DNA of 63,737 nucleotides, filler included, from Cercozoa sp. M6MM (GCA_040357565.1; 7 parts of 7 records of this genome joined end to end with filler, not necessarily neighbours in it), one strand, 5' to 3'. Counted from the whole stretch's first letter, positions 26,661 through 41,924 are shown. Program-made: numbers and translations. Notes: generated from the letters alone by a model not told the origin.

Positions 26661-27256
26661 TGATTCTCCTCAACTCAAGTCTTATCTGTAGGCCGCTCAC
26701 CAAGAAATCGTTGAGAACTGCCAGCTTTGCGAAATGTTTCGTGTCCAGCTAACGAACACGCTGGAGCGCATTTCTCATTAACTGACGGATTAGAATAAGT
26801 TGTCTGGTTCTGGACTGTGCTCAGGGAAATGATCGATACTACGCTCGGTACGTTAGTTCCAGTTGGTCTCATGAGACAGACTTACAGCGCAGTACTGTAA
26901 CTAACTCATGATCAGTGTGGGCAATTTCAACTGAACCGAATCCAGCGTTTTGAGTCGATTGACTCACTAGGAAGTCAACCGACAGCACAATGACCGTTGC
27001 CGTGGCAAATGAGTTGATAAAAAACGCTCCGTTGACCGAAATCTCGCTCGGCTATGAGCAACTCGGAGCCTGCTGGCGAAGTCAACCTCAGGGCAACCGA
27101 CGTGGCTTTCGAACTTGCATTTGAATTCCATCAGATTGTATGGTAGTGCTAGAACAGTACCGTACGGACGTGACTCGATGGATCGATAGCTACTCAGCGT
27201 CAGTAAAACTGAACTAACGGAGCAGAAACCGACGTAGGTTCGACTGGCCGGACAAG

Positions 27257-29130
27257 TCACCAGCTGGGCAGCTGCGTGGATGCGCAGGATGCTGCCTTGT
27301 TACTGCAGGTGTCGCACTTGCCGCACGTGCCTGTCTCGGCACCGGTCGCAGTGACTGCGCGGTCGGTGGCCGCAGTGGGAGTGACGGTGACACCGAGCAC
27401 AGCGGCAGGAGTGACGGCGACAGGCACGCCCTCGGTGCTCAGACCGCCGGCGCGGTAGGACAGGTCCGCGCGGAGCTTCAGCAGCGCCGACTCTAGTACC
27501 TCTTTCGCTCGCTCATCGTCTGATACCGTACATATATATTTATATAGATATATATATATATATATATATCGAATGTGTACATGTACATAAGATATATTAT
27601 ATATCCATATATATATATATATATACATAGATACACACACATATATATGTATATATATAGGGACGTGTAGAGCAGGGTAACACACCGATGAAGGCAAAGA
27701 CGTCACATTGTGCGGGAGTGTACAAGTGAACAAAGTCGCCCGGCGTGGCTGTCTTGACCACCTGTGCACATACATACATACATACATACAGACATACTTT
27801 CGTACATACGTACATACGTACATACGTACATACGTACATGTATATACAAAAATACATGTACCATATGAACACAAAATACCGGTATATATATATATATATA
27901 CACATGCATATACATGTCCACATACCTTAGTGCGAAGCAAGCGATCCAACTCGGTGCTCACGATGTTTCCATTCGTCCTGCCGAACAATGTGTCGAGGGT
28001 AAAGTAGGTGCAGTAACGGGGAAGGACATAAGGGGCATGGGGTTACCTCCGATCACACTTGGCTTGCTCGGCCACGCCGAGTTCCTTCAGTGCCTTGTCA
28101 AATGCCTGTTCAGATACACATACATACCATACACACACATGTATAAATAAATCCATTAGACACATAGACAGAGGCACCTTGGCCAAGAAGGGCGTGTCGG
28201 CACTCTGCGGAAGCAGCACGATCGGATCGCGCGATCGCGACACTGTCATCTCCGTCGACACTGCAGGCACACCACGAGCATACATATATATATATACATC
28301 CATACACATACACACAAATATATACCTATATATATAACATGAATATACCAGGAAGCTTGTCGAACAGCAGGTGCGACAGGAAGCGGCGCAGCCGAGCGGC
28401 GTCTGACAGAAGCGTCGGCGGCAGCAGCGACTCGACGAAGGACGGAAACACGCGCACCAGGCCGACCACGTCGTTGGAACTGAGGGCAGCACACAGGTCC
28501 ATATCCATACCTCTGTACAACTATACATCAATACATCTGTACATCTGTACATCTATACACACATATATATATATATATATATTATAGAGCTAGCGGAAAA
28601 CTACAAGGACACGTGGATGACGACTTTGTCGAGTGTGTTGGCCGCCGCTTCCTGAAAAAAAGTAAATTTAAGGGGAGGCAAAGAGAGCGAAGAGGGTAAG
28701 AAGGAGCTAAACACACCAAGTCACGCAGCACGGCCAGCAGCGTCTCCAGCGTTTTCGGTGTCTTGGCGGCCGCCTTGGCGTAACTGGCACCGGCACCGAC
28801 CACCACGTGCATATCACCCTATTCAACATGTATACATACACAACCAAAAGTACATGGCACAGCAACGACAGAAACACAGACACATACTGAGACAAAAGAC
28901 ACACCTCCCAGGCCGGCACCGAAGCACCGCGGCGCGACTCGGCGCGACGACGGAAGCGACGCCGACGCTCGAGCTTCACGAGCTTCCACGTCGCGATCGA
29001 GGTGGCCAGCAACACGCTGGCGCCCACTAGCTACTCACCAACGTAGGTTTTCCACTCTAGTGACACGCGACAAAAAGCGACAAAATACGGTGCTTGGCGA
29101 CCTCGCGGATTGCTTGACGCGATCCCACAT
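27257..29130 (-). CDS. Hypothetical protein with N-terminal hydrophobic anchor and Cys-rich tail (CGKCDTC)
   Basis: About 9 minus-strand exons separated by TA/TAC-microsatellite introns; last exon ends STQLPSW*. Confidence 0.55.
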
Positions 29131-29298
29131 TCTTTCCTGCAAGTACCAGCAGCTGCGCAGGCCCTAACACCTTTCAGTACTCCTAAAAATCAGCTCACAC
29201 GTCTCAGCGCACGAAACTGCGGTTTTCTGGCACTCTGCTGCTCAGGTTTGTCATGATTCGCTCAGCGCGGAAGCTCCGAAAATACAACTGTACTGGCG

Positions 29299-30440
29299 AT
29301 GGCCTTGGCACTTTGCTCGGTAGAAGAGCCAGCTGCGCGGCATAAGATGTTACAGGGGCCACAAAAAATTCCTTCGCGAGCTGATGAAGACGATTATGAG
29401 GACGACTTCGAAAGCAGTGAAGATGAGGTTGAAGTGATTTGTGACGCGAGTGCCTTCAGCGGCAGCGAGTCCGAGGCTGCTCGTGATCATGAATTTAAAA
29501 ACTGCAGTTTCGAGAAGAAAGACAAACCAAAGAGACGATTGGACACGGCGCAAAGCTATACTCAGCTTGGAGAGCAGCGAGCGATGTGTGACGACTTGCT
29601 GTTGCAGCTTGAGCAGCTCTCGCCGAGGCGGTGCGAAAGCGGAAGCTACAGCTTCGACTGCGCGTCAAACAAGCGCAGTTGCAGACGATCTGACTCGATG
29701 GTGGAATTCGCGCGTGCAAGGTGGAAACAACCTCCGTCATATGATGCGGTATTCAATGTGTCTCACGAGATAAACTAAACAATTAAGTTCCAAACAATTT
29801 TATTTAACAGGCCGAGATTCGCATCCCGAGTGCCGAAGCTTTGTTTCAAGCAGCTCGCATAGCGAGTAGTGCCGACAAACGAAGACGGCGAGCGCGACTC
29901 CGGCGACTTGCGACCGCCAAAGTGTATTTTTTGGGTCTCTTGCTCAACCTCCCCCATTAAACTGCCAGTGTTTGCAGACGAGCACGTGCACCCGCGGCAG
30001 GAGTTTATGATAGCTCGGATGAAACCAGTAGTGCCTGCAGCAATGGCAGTGCGGGAAGCAAGCGACCGAACAAAAGGAACCGGGACAACAAGGGTGGTAT
30101 CCTCAGCAGTCGCTCTACCATGCTCGGCGCAGGCATGCGAGGCTACTTTTAATTTTTGTATCATTTTGCTCCACTCCAGTCACTAGAACATCAGTAGCAG
30201 GCGATACAATGGGCGACTGAGCTAGGTTTAGACGTTTATTCCGCTGATTACACCTGGCCCGGCGCCTTTTGCACAGCGCTTGCGTGTTGTGCAAAAGGTA
30301 CAATTTCTGCCGGCCAGCTGGGAACTGATCGGTGCCTCAGGCGGAGCTTGCGTCTCGTTTGGCAATCAGAACGCACTGGTCAGTCTCACAGCATCACCTG
30401 GCTGTGTAGCACGCATGGAGGTAGCTTGGTCCCTCTCATT
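29299..30440 (+). CDS. Hypothetical protein with acidic YEDDFESSEDE motif
   Basis: ATG ORF 29299-29778 plus probable downstream exons; 3' end uncertain. Confidence 0.4.
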
Positions 30441-30871
30441 TTAGTGCCTTTTGGCACTTTCTTTGCGTGTGTGTTTTTTTTGGCGCCCAACCTGTGCTCC
30501 TACGAGCAGCTAGGTTAGCCGTTGCATTTGCGCTCAAACGTTGCGAAACCCGCGATCTGTCTGCATGTGGCCGGTTGGCCATGCACTCCGATCTGGTTCG
30601 CGTGCGATCACTTTTTCGTGTTGGACTGAGTGGCTGGGCTTGTAGAATGACCTTGGTGTTGCCGGAGAAGCCGACGATGGTCGTCTTGGCAAGCAAACGT
30701 GGTCTTATGAGGCGAACCCAGACCCGTTGGCGCTTGGGAGGTGAGCTTTCTCGTTTCATTTGTTGGTATTTGTTTGGCGCGACTGTGATGTGACCTGATC
30801 TGATTGGCTGCTGTGTTACTCGAAGTGAGCTAACGCCTGGCCCGACGGTGGGCGGTGCATCGAGCTTCAGC

Positions 30872-33800
30872 ATGCTACCATCTCCTCTGCTGTCGAATGA
30901 GTTGAGTGGTCTGGGCCTGAGTTCGATCACGCTGACCGGGATGCCATCAATCCCGGTTCTGGGCGGCTCGGTGCGTCGTCCGACATCCATTGTGACCGGT
31001 GCAACGTCGAGACAGCTTCCGCAGTATCAGCAGCAGCAACAGCAGCAAACACCGCTATCGGCACGTGACCTGGTGGGACCGGAGCCGTCGCTGTCGTCAA
31101 TGTCGATGCCGGTGGATTCAGTGCGTGCCACACCGGCCGATGTGATTCTGTCGTCGTCCGTGGACAGGCCGTCGTCGCTGGAGTCGTTGTCGCCTGCTGT
31201 ACAAGAACACAATCTCTACAGGAACAACTATCTCAGCGATCCTCTCTCGTTGGCTTTAAGTAGGCCCACATTCTGTTGCCTGTTGCTTCCTTAAGTACAT
31301 TGTGTCTGGTAGGTCTGGGACAGGCGTCGTCGACGGGAAGCGAACTGACTTCGTTGTTGGGTCAACTGGCGTTGTCGCAGCAGCTGCAGTCGCTGCAGCA
31401 GTCCCTGTTGCAACAGCAGCAACACCAACAACACCAGCAATATGCACCTGCGCCGCCGCCGACTATGCGCAATGCTGTGGTGGATCAGTCGGTAGCTTTA
31501 CTCCCTCCCTTGTTTACTTTCCTTCTTTACTCCCTTTGTTCTCTCTTCTTTACCCCCCCCTTGTGATCCTCTTAACGACAGCAATTATCGCTGCACAACC
31601 TGCTGCAGAGTCCTCTCACGCAACTGGCACTGAGTGGCAATCCGCAGCTGCAGCTGCAACTGCAACTTTCACTGCTGCTGCAGCAGCAACGACAACAACA
31701 GCAGCAGCAGCAGCAACAACTCCAACTTCAGCAACTGCTGCAACAGACGCGTTTTAACAGCAGTAGCAGGAACAGTGACAACACAAATCTTGAAGCTTTC
31801 ATGCAGACACAGCGCGGGGAGAAACGCTCGCGTGAAAGGTGCCTTCATCCTCTCCGCGTCCCCTGTCCCCCCCCCCCTATTGCCTTTCTCACCTTTTGTA
31901 TCTCGGTAGCCTTCAACCAGCTCTCGCGGAGAAACGACAGTTCGCAGTACGTCAATAGTTTTTTGCGCTCGTTGTTTGCATCTTGTGGGAATGTGGAATA
32001 CGCAGGGTTGCGTCGACTCGGAACTGATGAAATCAAGTGGACCAACCGCTGTACTCTCTCTGGTGCTCCTTGATTCCCCTGCCTTGTGAGGCATGTGTGT
32101 GCAGGTACCACAGGTGGGCAGCGTGGTTGCCGACGCAGACCGCGTGCGCCGACTGCAGCAGCAACTGCAGCGACAGCAGCAGCAGGCACGTGCTGCCACT
32201 GACGGTGCTGCTGATGGTATCGACGGTGCTAACACTGACGGTGCTGACACCAACACGTGTGTCGCTGATGTCGGTGTCACCGAGCAACTCACCGATCAGC
32301 TCACCGATAGACTCACCGATCAACTCACCACCGAACCCTCGATCGATCCGTCCATCGATCGGTACGGCGATCAGCTGGAAGTGCACGACAGCGACGGCGA
32401 CGTCGAAGCGCTGCTGCGACGCGTGCGTGCGAAATTCGCACTGCTCAAGCAGGACCCCGACAGTGTAGCTTTGTTCCTACCCTGCCTCTTGCCCCTGCTC
32501 TTGACCCTACCCCTTGCCTTGACTCTGCCTCTTACCCTACCCTCCCCGCAGCGACAGGAACTGAAGCGTCGTCTGCGCATCGCCGATCGTCGCGAACGCT
32601 TTCGGCAACTCGACATGCTCACGCAGCTGCCGCCTGGCACGGTAGACACTTTTACCTTCCTCCGATACCCTTTACTCCTACCCCCTCTGCCACGGTACAG
32701 ATGGAGCAGTGCTCTACGCGATGGACGACACTGGCGGCGGATCGACCCGTGCTGGATCCGGTACTAGCATTACTGTGCTGTGCCTTATCTATATACATAC
32801 ATATAAATGTATAAATATATATATATATATGTGTGTGTGTATAAATGTGTATCTGTGTGAGAATAGGACACGGAAGAACCATCGCCGAAGCGACGCAAGA
32901 TACACGTAGTACTAACCAGTCCACGCGGAGGCACGCAGTGTCTGCACACGGGGTCACTGTCGTCGGCATCGTCGTCGACGATCACGGCCGAGACGACCGA
33001 GCCGCCGATCGTGCCAGAGGCGCTGCCGGGCGCTCCGCGCATCCTGCGGCAGCGCAATCTCTGTTCGATGCAACAGCATGAGATCGGGCGCTACCATCTG
33101 CCGGTGCGCGTGCGGCGACTCCAGATGCTGGCGCAGGTTACTTCCTATCTAGTCCTACCTCTAACTCTACCCTACTCCGTACCCTTGCAGACTAACACAC
33201 TGGGAGCGACACAGACACAATCACAAGTACAGATGGTGCCACCGCTTCCGATAGAAGCAGACAACACCAGCAGCAGCATCGACAGTGGCAACAACAGCAA
33301 CAGCAACATCGGCAACATCAATAACAGCAGCAGCAACTGCAGCGACAGCAGCTGCAGCGACAGAGAGCACAGCAACCAGCACAACCTCCAGACACAACAC
33401 AGGCACTACCAAGACGGCGACAGAGACAACAACAGAGGACAGGACAGAGACAACAACAGAGGACAGGACAGAGACAACAGCAGAGGACAGGACACGGACT
33501 ACAGAGGACAGGGCACTGGCCACGACAGGGATCAAGACCAGAATGACAGGAGGGACTGCAACGAAGCCAAACGCAAACGCAGCGCCGATCGCAACACGCT
33601 GCTCTACGTTGGCGTTGTACCCTCTCACCACCCATCTACATTGAAGTCATGTATTGATGTTTGTCTATATAAGCTGTATACAGATTTATATAAATATGGA
33701 TATAGTTAATCTACACATACAGAAAGCTATATAGTATATATATATATAGATATGTGTTACTGTGTAGTATACATCGGCCGGTGCCTTCCGACGCGTGCGC

Positions 33801-34689
33801 GTGTGGCTGGACCGGCAAGGCCGGCGCTACTACGACTGCGTGTGCGGCAGTCGCATGCCCGTGCATGATTTGCGCAAGATCAAGGTGCACGCCGTCAAGC
33901 ACGAGCGCGACGGACTGGCTGCTCGGCAGGTGCACTTCTGCTGTCTGTCTGTGGGGAGGGAGGGGGGGGGGGTAAACACTGCCTGCTGGTGAGAGTAGTG
34001 CGAGGTGTGCCGCCGACTCTTCCGACACACGCTGGCTCTCAACGCGCACATGCGCGGCCATCGCATCGCTTTCGACAAGGGACGCATGAATGCGACTGAA
34101 CGTATCCTTTACCTTCCTCTCCTCCCCATATACCCTACTGCATCCCTACTTCTTATACCCTGCTCCCTAGACACCCTACTCTACATATACCCCACTCCTC
34201 ATATCCCCTGCCCCCTCAATGCTACCCGATATACCCTCCACGATATGCCTGCTGTACTCCCGAATACTGGACGCAGGGCAAGCGTATCAGTTGTACCTGC
34301 AGAAACTGCAGAGCAACGGCAAGACTCGTCGGCGATTCGACCCGGCCGACCTGGAGAAGGCGTTGCGGGGTAGACCTTAACTGAGCTTTCTCAATGCGTA
34401 ATCGTACTGAAACTGTCCGTCTTGTGAAACAGAGGCTGAGGCACTCGCGCTGGCTGCCGAAACGGAACAAAAGTACTTGCTGTCCCAGTACTACAAACTC
34501 TATGTACTGTGTATGGCATGTGTCAGGCAAGAGGCCACGCACACAGAGAAGTCAACAACAGGGACCGCAACTCCGACGACCAAGACGACAGCACCGCCTG
34601 TGCCGCCGCTGCCGACCGCTGTCTGTGACGGCGCCGGCCCGAGCGACGACACGACGCGACCGCTCTCGGACAATGCGCCGCCGTCCTAG
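30872..34689 (+). CDS. Gln-rich C2H2 zinc-finger protein (probable transcription factor)
   Basis: Poly-Q tracts, then CVCGSRMPVHDLRKIKVHAVKH and CEVCRRLFRHTLALNAHMRGH (C2H2); the final exons splice in frame to a stop at 34689. Confidence 0.7.
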
Positions 34690-34915
34690 CGTCCGCTTCA
34701 ACTCAGTTTCGGTTTCCCTTCAGTTAGAATTCGTTGGTGGCTTGTCTTTACAGGGTTAAGTCTGATCGGCACACTGGAACGATCCAACTCCGGTCCTTCT
34801 TCTTTTGAAGTAGCCCCCCCCCAGGACATCAGCTCGGCAAATCGGACAGTTTGTCGTGTTCGGTCTACTTAGAAACCTGCATGAATCTACTTCGAAAGCC
34901 TGCTGCGGTTAGTGC

Positions 34916-35285
34916 TCACGCGATGCCGATGACGTCATCGCGCAGGAAGGAAAAGTACTGGTTCCAGTCGATGCTGTGGGACATGAGTAAGGACAGGGCA
35001 GAAGGAGAAGGAAAAGGAGAAGGAAAGGGAAACTACCAGGAAACGATGCGCGCATTCGGGTGCTTCTTGCTCTCCTCCGAGTACCTGTCAGTACGAGTAC
35101 ATGCAGTATAAAAAAGAACGAAAGACAGATGAATGCATAGACGGTCATACGTATATATACATATATATATATAGATATACCATACCTATATATCTCCACC
35201 TATATATACACCTATATATACACCTATATATACATATATATATATACTTTTGTAATATTGATCTATATCTATCTACCTATATACA

Positions 35286-35316
<31 letters not shown>

Positions 35317-36070
35317 TTTTAAATATTGATCTACCGATGTATACTTATACATACCTCAACCTACATCTAGATAAAAGACAGGAAATCTACCAGTCGATCT
35401 GCAGCGAGCCTCGCGCGAAACGACCGCTCAGTTCGACGTCGACGCGACGCGCAAAACTGCGCTGCACCTGCGATGACAACAACAACATGCCAGAGGGGCA
35501 AAAGAGGGGGGGGGGGGGTAGACTGGCTACAGCAGAGTCGAAACGCAGATAGGCGAACACGAGGTACAAATCGCAGATCGTAACACCGGCGTCCATGTTC
35601 TCCGTGTGCTCTGTTGTACATTTACCCCCTTCTTTACCCCCTCTTTACCCCCTCTTGACTCCCTATCTATATAAGGTACCAAAGAACATGCGCTCGGCCA
35701 CGTCGGGTGCGTGGTCCTTTTCGCTCTGAGAACACGGGGTAGGGAGGTAAGAAGGTGGGGGGGGGGGGTATACTCTAGACAGCCGGTCGTAATGCCGAAA
35801 CGTCTTCTTCAACCAGTCGGCAGCTATCTCATGGGGAAGGGGGTGAGGGAGGTAGGGAGGCAGGGGGGTAAAGATGCTACCTTCCGTCTCAAGCGCGTAC
35901 AAAACATCCATGTCGGCCCACTGCAGTCGGTAGTGCTCGGCCAGTTCCTACCGTACCAGGGGGGGGGGGGTAAAGGGGTGTGTGTGTGGGGGGGGGGTTT
36001 AAACTACCCATGTCACAATGGTCGTCCTGTCCGTCGCTGCCAGTGCAATGTGCGCTGCCTCTGGGTCTAC
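34916..36070 (-). CDS. 3' part of an unknown multi-exon gene
   Basis: Exons [23 protein letters not shown] ... [19 protein letters not shown]; truncated at contig end. Confidence 0.5.
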
Positions 36071-36331
36071 AGGTTATATGTATGCACGTGTGTATGTATG
36101 TATGTATGTATGTTGTATTTATGTATGTATGTATGTATGATGTATGTATGTATGTATGTATGTATGTATGTATGTATGTATGTGTATGTATGTATGTATG
36201 TATGTATGTATGTATATATATATATATATATNNNNNNNNNNNNNNNNNNNNNNNNNNNNNNNNNNNNNNNNNNNNTTAATTAATTAANNNNNNNNNNNNN
36301 NNNNNNNNNNNNNNNNNNNNNNNNNNNNNNN

Positions 36332-36534
<203 letters not shown>

Positions 36535-36549
36535 TGTGTGTGCGTGTAG

Positions 36550-37565
36550 TTGGTGGCACCATCGTAATGGGTGCTATGTCGGTCTTCACAACGGCTGCCC
36601 TTCAGTTGTATCAGTTGTTCAGTCAGAGTAGCCCTCTCTATTTGTACTCTTGTGGAATCCTGTTGTGCCATAGACTGGGTGACTACGGAGTCGCTTCTGT
36701 GGCACTCTTCTATGGCGGTAAGCTGAGGTTCTTTTTGAGTGTATATCTGGAATCTGTGTGTCTACAGGCGCTTGTGCCCTGTTGGGAAGGTACCTGTGGC
36801 GACATGGTTCCTACGTTGGTGGTGGCGTGGTACCACTCTGTCCCTTCTTTTGCTTCCTTACCATGTCTTACCGAACACCTACCCTCTCGGGTGTGATGCA
36901 GCTTGCATCGGCATCCGTCGGTTTCGCGCCGCTGTTCGCGTTCGGCGTGATGCAGTAAATTTAGCTTGAAAGCCTTTCAGCCTCCCTTCTTTTTGCGCTT
37001 TTTTTACCCTCTCTTGTTCTGCTAGAATGCTGCAATTCTGGGGAAATACGTCGACGAACTTTCAGCGCTTCAGGACAACCATTGTGTGCTTCTCATACTT
37101 TCTGCTTCAACCTCTTTATCCCTCGCCCGTTGCCAGAATGCGCGATACGTGTGGCTGGAGTTGGCCGCACTTGCATGGGCCGCCTTTCTCTTCTTCAACT
37201 GGTGTGTATTGTTTATCTTATCCCCGTAAACGTATTACCTTCCATTCGGGCAGGCGCATTCACTTCCCGTTCTTGTTGTTCCCGGCGTGTTTTGCACTGT
37301 GGTTCTTGAGGTAAACTGAGGCTGCACTGTTGTCTCTCCTGTTTCAGATGTACTCTACTGTGTATGAGTAGTATGGACTTGCTCCCCTGGCTCACACGTC
37401 GTGCAGTGTCGCGTGCATTGCGCCTGCATGTCTCGCTCGTGTTTGGTATCGTGTGTACAGCTTTATCCTCTTGTGACTTCCTTGTGTCTTCCCGACAGGT
37501 ACGGCAATCTTGTTGCTGACGCGTCGACTGGCGGCAGTACAGATGAGCGTTGTATTGGGTACCTG

Positions 37566-37615
<50 letters not shown>

Positions 37616-37625
37616 NNNNNNNNNN

Positions 37626-37674
<49 letters not shown>

Positions 37675-39552
37675 TCTTGGTGTATCCTACCCACGGGGTA
37701 CTGTTGAAAGAGCCCAACGAAGCAGCCTACGAAGTCGACATGGCCTTCTGGCCGTGTGTCTTCTCTATGGTACTACCCGTACCTCTACGGGAGGTTGGTT
37801 GGAGGGCGAGACATGTGAACTCAGGTGCTGCTGCTGCCTGCCCTGGTGGGCTACCTGCTGCTGCCGCTGCCATCGCTGCCGTTGTTGCGCACTCGGAGCC
37901 GAGCAGCGACGTCGACACTCTGCATGCACGTGCTGCTGCTCTCGTTAGGTAGGGGTTAGGGTTGTGTACACTTGTACGTATATGTGTATATGTATTATAC
38001 ACGTGTATATATGTTTATGCATATGTTACTGTATGTATCTGTATATGATTCTGTATCTGTATATGATTATGTATCTGTATATGTATCTATATATGTCTAT
38101 GTATCTGTATATGTGTATGTCATATCTCGATGATGTATGGATGTTGTACAGGCACGTACTGGCAGAGAGATATGCTGCTGTGGGCTGGCACATTCGGCGT
38201 GCTGTTTGCCTGCTCGACTGTCGTCATTAACAACAAGCGAACTCTCATCGATAGCTTCGTTCACATTGCACTCGCGTGGGTCGACCCTTTCATTGTTCTT
38301 TACCTGCACCGCACTTCTTTACCCCCACCACACTCCTTTACCCCCACCACACTCCTTTACCCCCACCACACATTTTATCCTTACACTTTACCCCTCAGAT
38401 GCTACCTGTTGGCAACGAGCACTTCAGAGGTGTCGGTATGGCGCCTGATCTCGTCGTGCTGTTTGCTACTGACGGCGACGGTTGGAGTGGTCGCCCAAGC
38501 GCTGCCGAACTTCACTCTAGTGCATGCTCGGTACGCTTTCCCTCCTGTTCATCCCACTACCCATTTACCGCTTCTCGCCTTCAGGTGGGCACCTCCGGTG
38601 GTCGCAGTTGTGGTGACGACTTGGCAGGTGCTGGCGGCGCCAGTGACGGCGAAGGTGTCAGTGTGGGGACTGCTTGAACTGCGACTACACACGGTCGCCC
38701 ACTGGATCGGTAGTGACTCCGAGTCCTTTAGGTATGAGAAGGCGTGTACAAGTAGTATGAAAGTAGGTGTCGCATGCCTGGTGTCACTGTGCCTGGTGAC
38801 CTGTCTGCACTTGATCGGTCGGAACAAGAGCAGACGACGTATGCGCCTGGCGGCCTTTGCAATCGTCTACGCGGGTACTCTGACTGTACTCTCCGTCGTC
38901 TCGGGGTCGCTGGCACTGCGGCACGCTGGCGCACTCTGTTTGTACGCGCCGCTCGCTGTCGTACCTTTTTTTCTGATACCGCTTACAACAATATTTAACA
39001 GTATTACTGTACAATATTACTGTACAATATTACTGTACAATATTACTGTACAATATTACTGTACGATACGACTGTACTTCTGAATAGTACATGTGTCATC
39101 TATGCGTCTATATGTGCGGACAGGAAGGTGCTCTGCTCAGTCGGAACTTGAGTCGCTCGCGCGGCGACTTGTATCTGGTGTCGGCCGTGATACTGTTCAA
39201 CGCCGTTGCCGTGCAGGCACTGGACGCTGCTGTGACACCTGTCCTGTGTACAGTTGGACCTGTCTATTTGTACCTGTACTTGTACATCTGTACTTGTACC
39301 TTGTGTGTAGTGCTGCGTCTGGCCTCTGTCGCTTTGTGCCTGCGGTTGCGTCAGCACTCGCACCTGTCGCTCATACTTGTGGTATATTTGGCTATTTATT
39401 ATAACGGGTATATACAATATATGTATAGGTATATTTGCAGAGGTTTATTTCTGTTGTGTGCAGTCGACGGCGAGTATCGTGGTGTCACCGCTGCTGCAGT
39501 CGACGGCGCTGGCGGTGCTCGGCGGCGTTGCGCTCTTTTTTGCCGTGTCTAG
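36550..39552 (+). CDS. Internal fragment of a large polytopic membrane protein
   Basis: Many short hydrophobic exons (e.g. LELAALAWAAFLFF, MLLWAGTFGVLFAC, LAAFAIVYAGTLTVLSVV) joined by GT-AG introns; family unassigned. Confidence 0.55.
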
Positions 39553-39742
39553 GTAACTTTACCCCCCCCCCCNNNNNNNNNNNNNNNNNNNNNNNNNNNN
39601 NNNNNNNNNNNNNNNNTTAATTAATTAANNNNNNNNNNNNNNNNNNNNNNNNNNNNNNNNNNNNNNNNNNNNAAAAAAAAATACTCGTAAGACAAACTCG
39701 TTTAGTTAAAAGAGCAGAGGAACGGAGAACACAGTCCCCCGG

Positions 39743-40932
39743 TTAACACAGTCGCACAGCGACGCGCACGATGTAGTCGCCGTGACGACCTGGCTCGCGT
39801 GAAATCGGCATGCCATGACCGGGGAAACGCACCTGGAGACCGCCATGTGGACTGAGTAAATACAAACGGTGAATTGAAGACGAGAGCACATTTCAACCAG
39901 GTGCGTGGTACATCATTGATTGCGGCTTGATCGGCAGGGACAGCGTCTGGCCGCTCGGGTGCGGCACATCAACCTTGAGTCCGGTGTCACGGATCCTGCA
40001 GCACAAAAGGTAAATGTGCATCTGTTTCACCACCGTTAAAACAGAAACATGGCGCATCGTACTTGGTGAGATCAACGACAACGTCGTAGATGAGGTTGTT
40101 GCCGTCCCTGCGCAGACCGTCATCACGCGGCTTTTCCTGTCAGCAAGCCAGAGGAGTGTGTAGTTGACTCGAATATAAATATATATACATAGCTATTGTA
40201 TCTGCAGCGTATGATTTACCTCAATGACAAAGACAACGTCGCCACCCGACTGCTGCTCGTTTTCCTCGCCCTCGCTGTGAAACCGCACCTTGGTACCAGC
40301 CTTCCAACCCGGCTTGACATCAACCGCAAAGTCTTTGGCCTCCTTCTCGTAGGTGCCTACGTGCGCCAACATACTGCACAATACAAATGACACACAGGAA
40401 GAGGGAAGCGCTACCGTTCGGCTGTCGTCTGCGACGGCTGAAACGGCGATTCTTGCGACAGCCCTGGTACAGTTCCTCGAGTCTGCAGAGCACAGGGGCA
40501 TAGATAGTCGCAGAGTTATTTGCACGCATCCTGGAGTGCAAGCAAAGCCTACGTGAGCTTAAGCGGAATGTTAAAGTCGGAGCCCTTGGCAACGCGGCGC
40601 TGGCGACGCATGTTGTGCATGCCATGCATACCGCCCATGCCTGTGTCCCCCCGTGCACACATGATGGCACAACAGTGGATGCTAAAGTGCAAGTACCGCC
40701 CATGCCGCCCATCATGTCAGCGAAAGGATGGCCACCCATGCCACCCATGCCGCCGCCCATGCCTATACCAAAAAAATGCAGGAAGAAACAGTACATATCA
40801 CAAACACACAGCGGCCAAATCCGGTACCTCCACCGCCGAAGAACATGTCGAACAGGTTGAATGCGTCACCCTGAAAGCATTCGTGTACCCGCCAGACAAA
40901 CACAAACACAAACACAAACACAAACACAAACA

Positions 40933-40983
<51 letters not shown>

Positions 40984-41462
40984 GCGAGTTACCTGACTGA
41001 AGTGGAACTGCGAGGCACCCGGGCCACCCGGACCACCACTGCCCTTGAGGGCTTCCTCACCACCAAGATCTGCTCTCATACAGGAAGAAGTCTTAAACCT
41101 ACAAAAACGATATACCGTAGATGCGCTTCTTCTCAGGGTCACTGAGAACGGCATAGGCCTCGTTGATGTCCTTAAACTTGGCTTCGGCCTCCTGTGTCAA
41201 CCAATGATGACGGAAGTGGACAGCACAAAAGGAACATCATACCTCCTTGTTGTTCGGGTTTTTATCCGGATGCCACTTCATCGCCAGCTTGCGATAGGCC
41301 TTCTTCAGCGCTGCCTCGCCGACATCTTCGCAGAGAACACAAATACAATCATCAAAAATGGGCGACGTTTGTTTGCTTCCGGAGTGCTAACAGAGACACA
41401 CACACACACGAACAGAACGCACCCTTGGAAACGCCAAGAATGGCGTAGTAGTCGCGACCCAT
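39743..41462 (-). CDS. Class B (Sis1/DNAJB-like) Hsp40 chaperone
   Basis: [30 protein letters not shown]- and G/M-rich region, [38 protein letters not shown]. Confidence 0.94.
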
Positions 41463-41924
41463 CTGTTCCTCAAACTTGCTGACTCAACAGACGGCAATCA
41501 GAAACAATTTTTGCTTTGGCTTGTTGGGGCCGAATACACTCTCTGTTAGCACCCAAGGTGATACACTGAGAACTCTTGCACACGCGTCAGTATGCTAGCG
41601 ATACGGCTTGTGCGGCCGTGGAATATTCGTTGATTTTCAAGTCCCCAACTTGAAAAAGAAACACTGAACAAAGCACTTCCCAGTTGTCCCTACTCCGGGC
41701 CTCGTCTGAGGGACAACTTTGGCAGGGTTGTTCGAAATCGGTTCGAATGAATAGCAAAACAAAATCAGAAGATGGACTGGGCTTCTATTCGGCTGTCGTT
41801 GGCGTCAGTGTCATGACACCCACGAAAACGACCAGACTCGATGCGCGCAAATCGCACGATCGGCAGCACACAGTGCAACAGACTGCAGCCCACGGTAACT
41901 GGTGACGAGTGACACCGCCGTCGA

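Noticed and set aside
27180-27256. tRNA-like GGTTCGACT motif
   Set aside because: No T-stem or acceptor-stem pairing around it.
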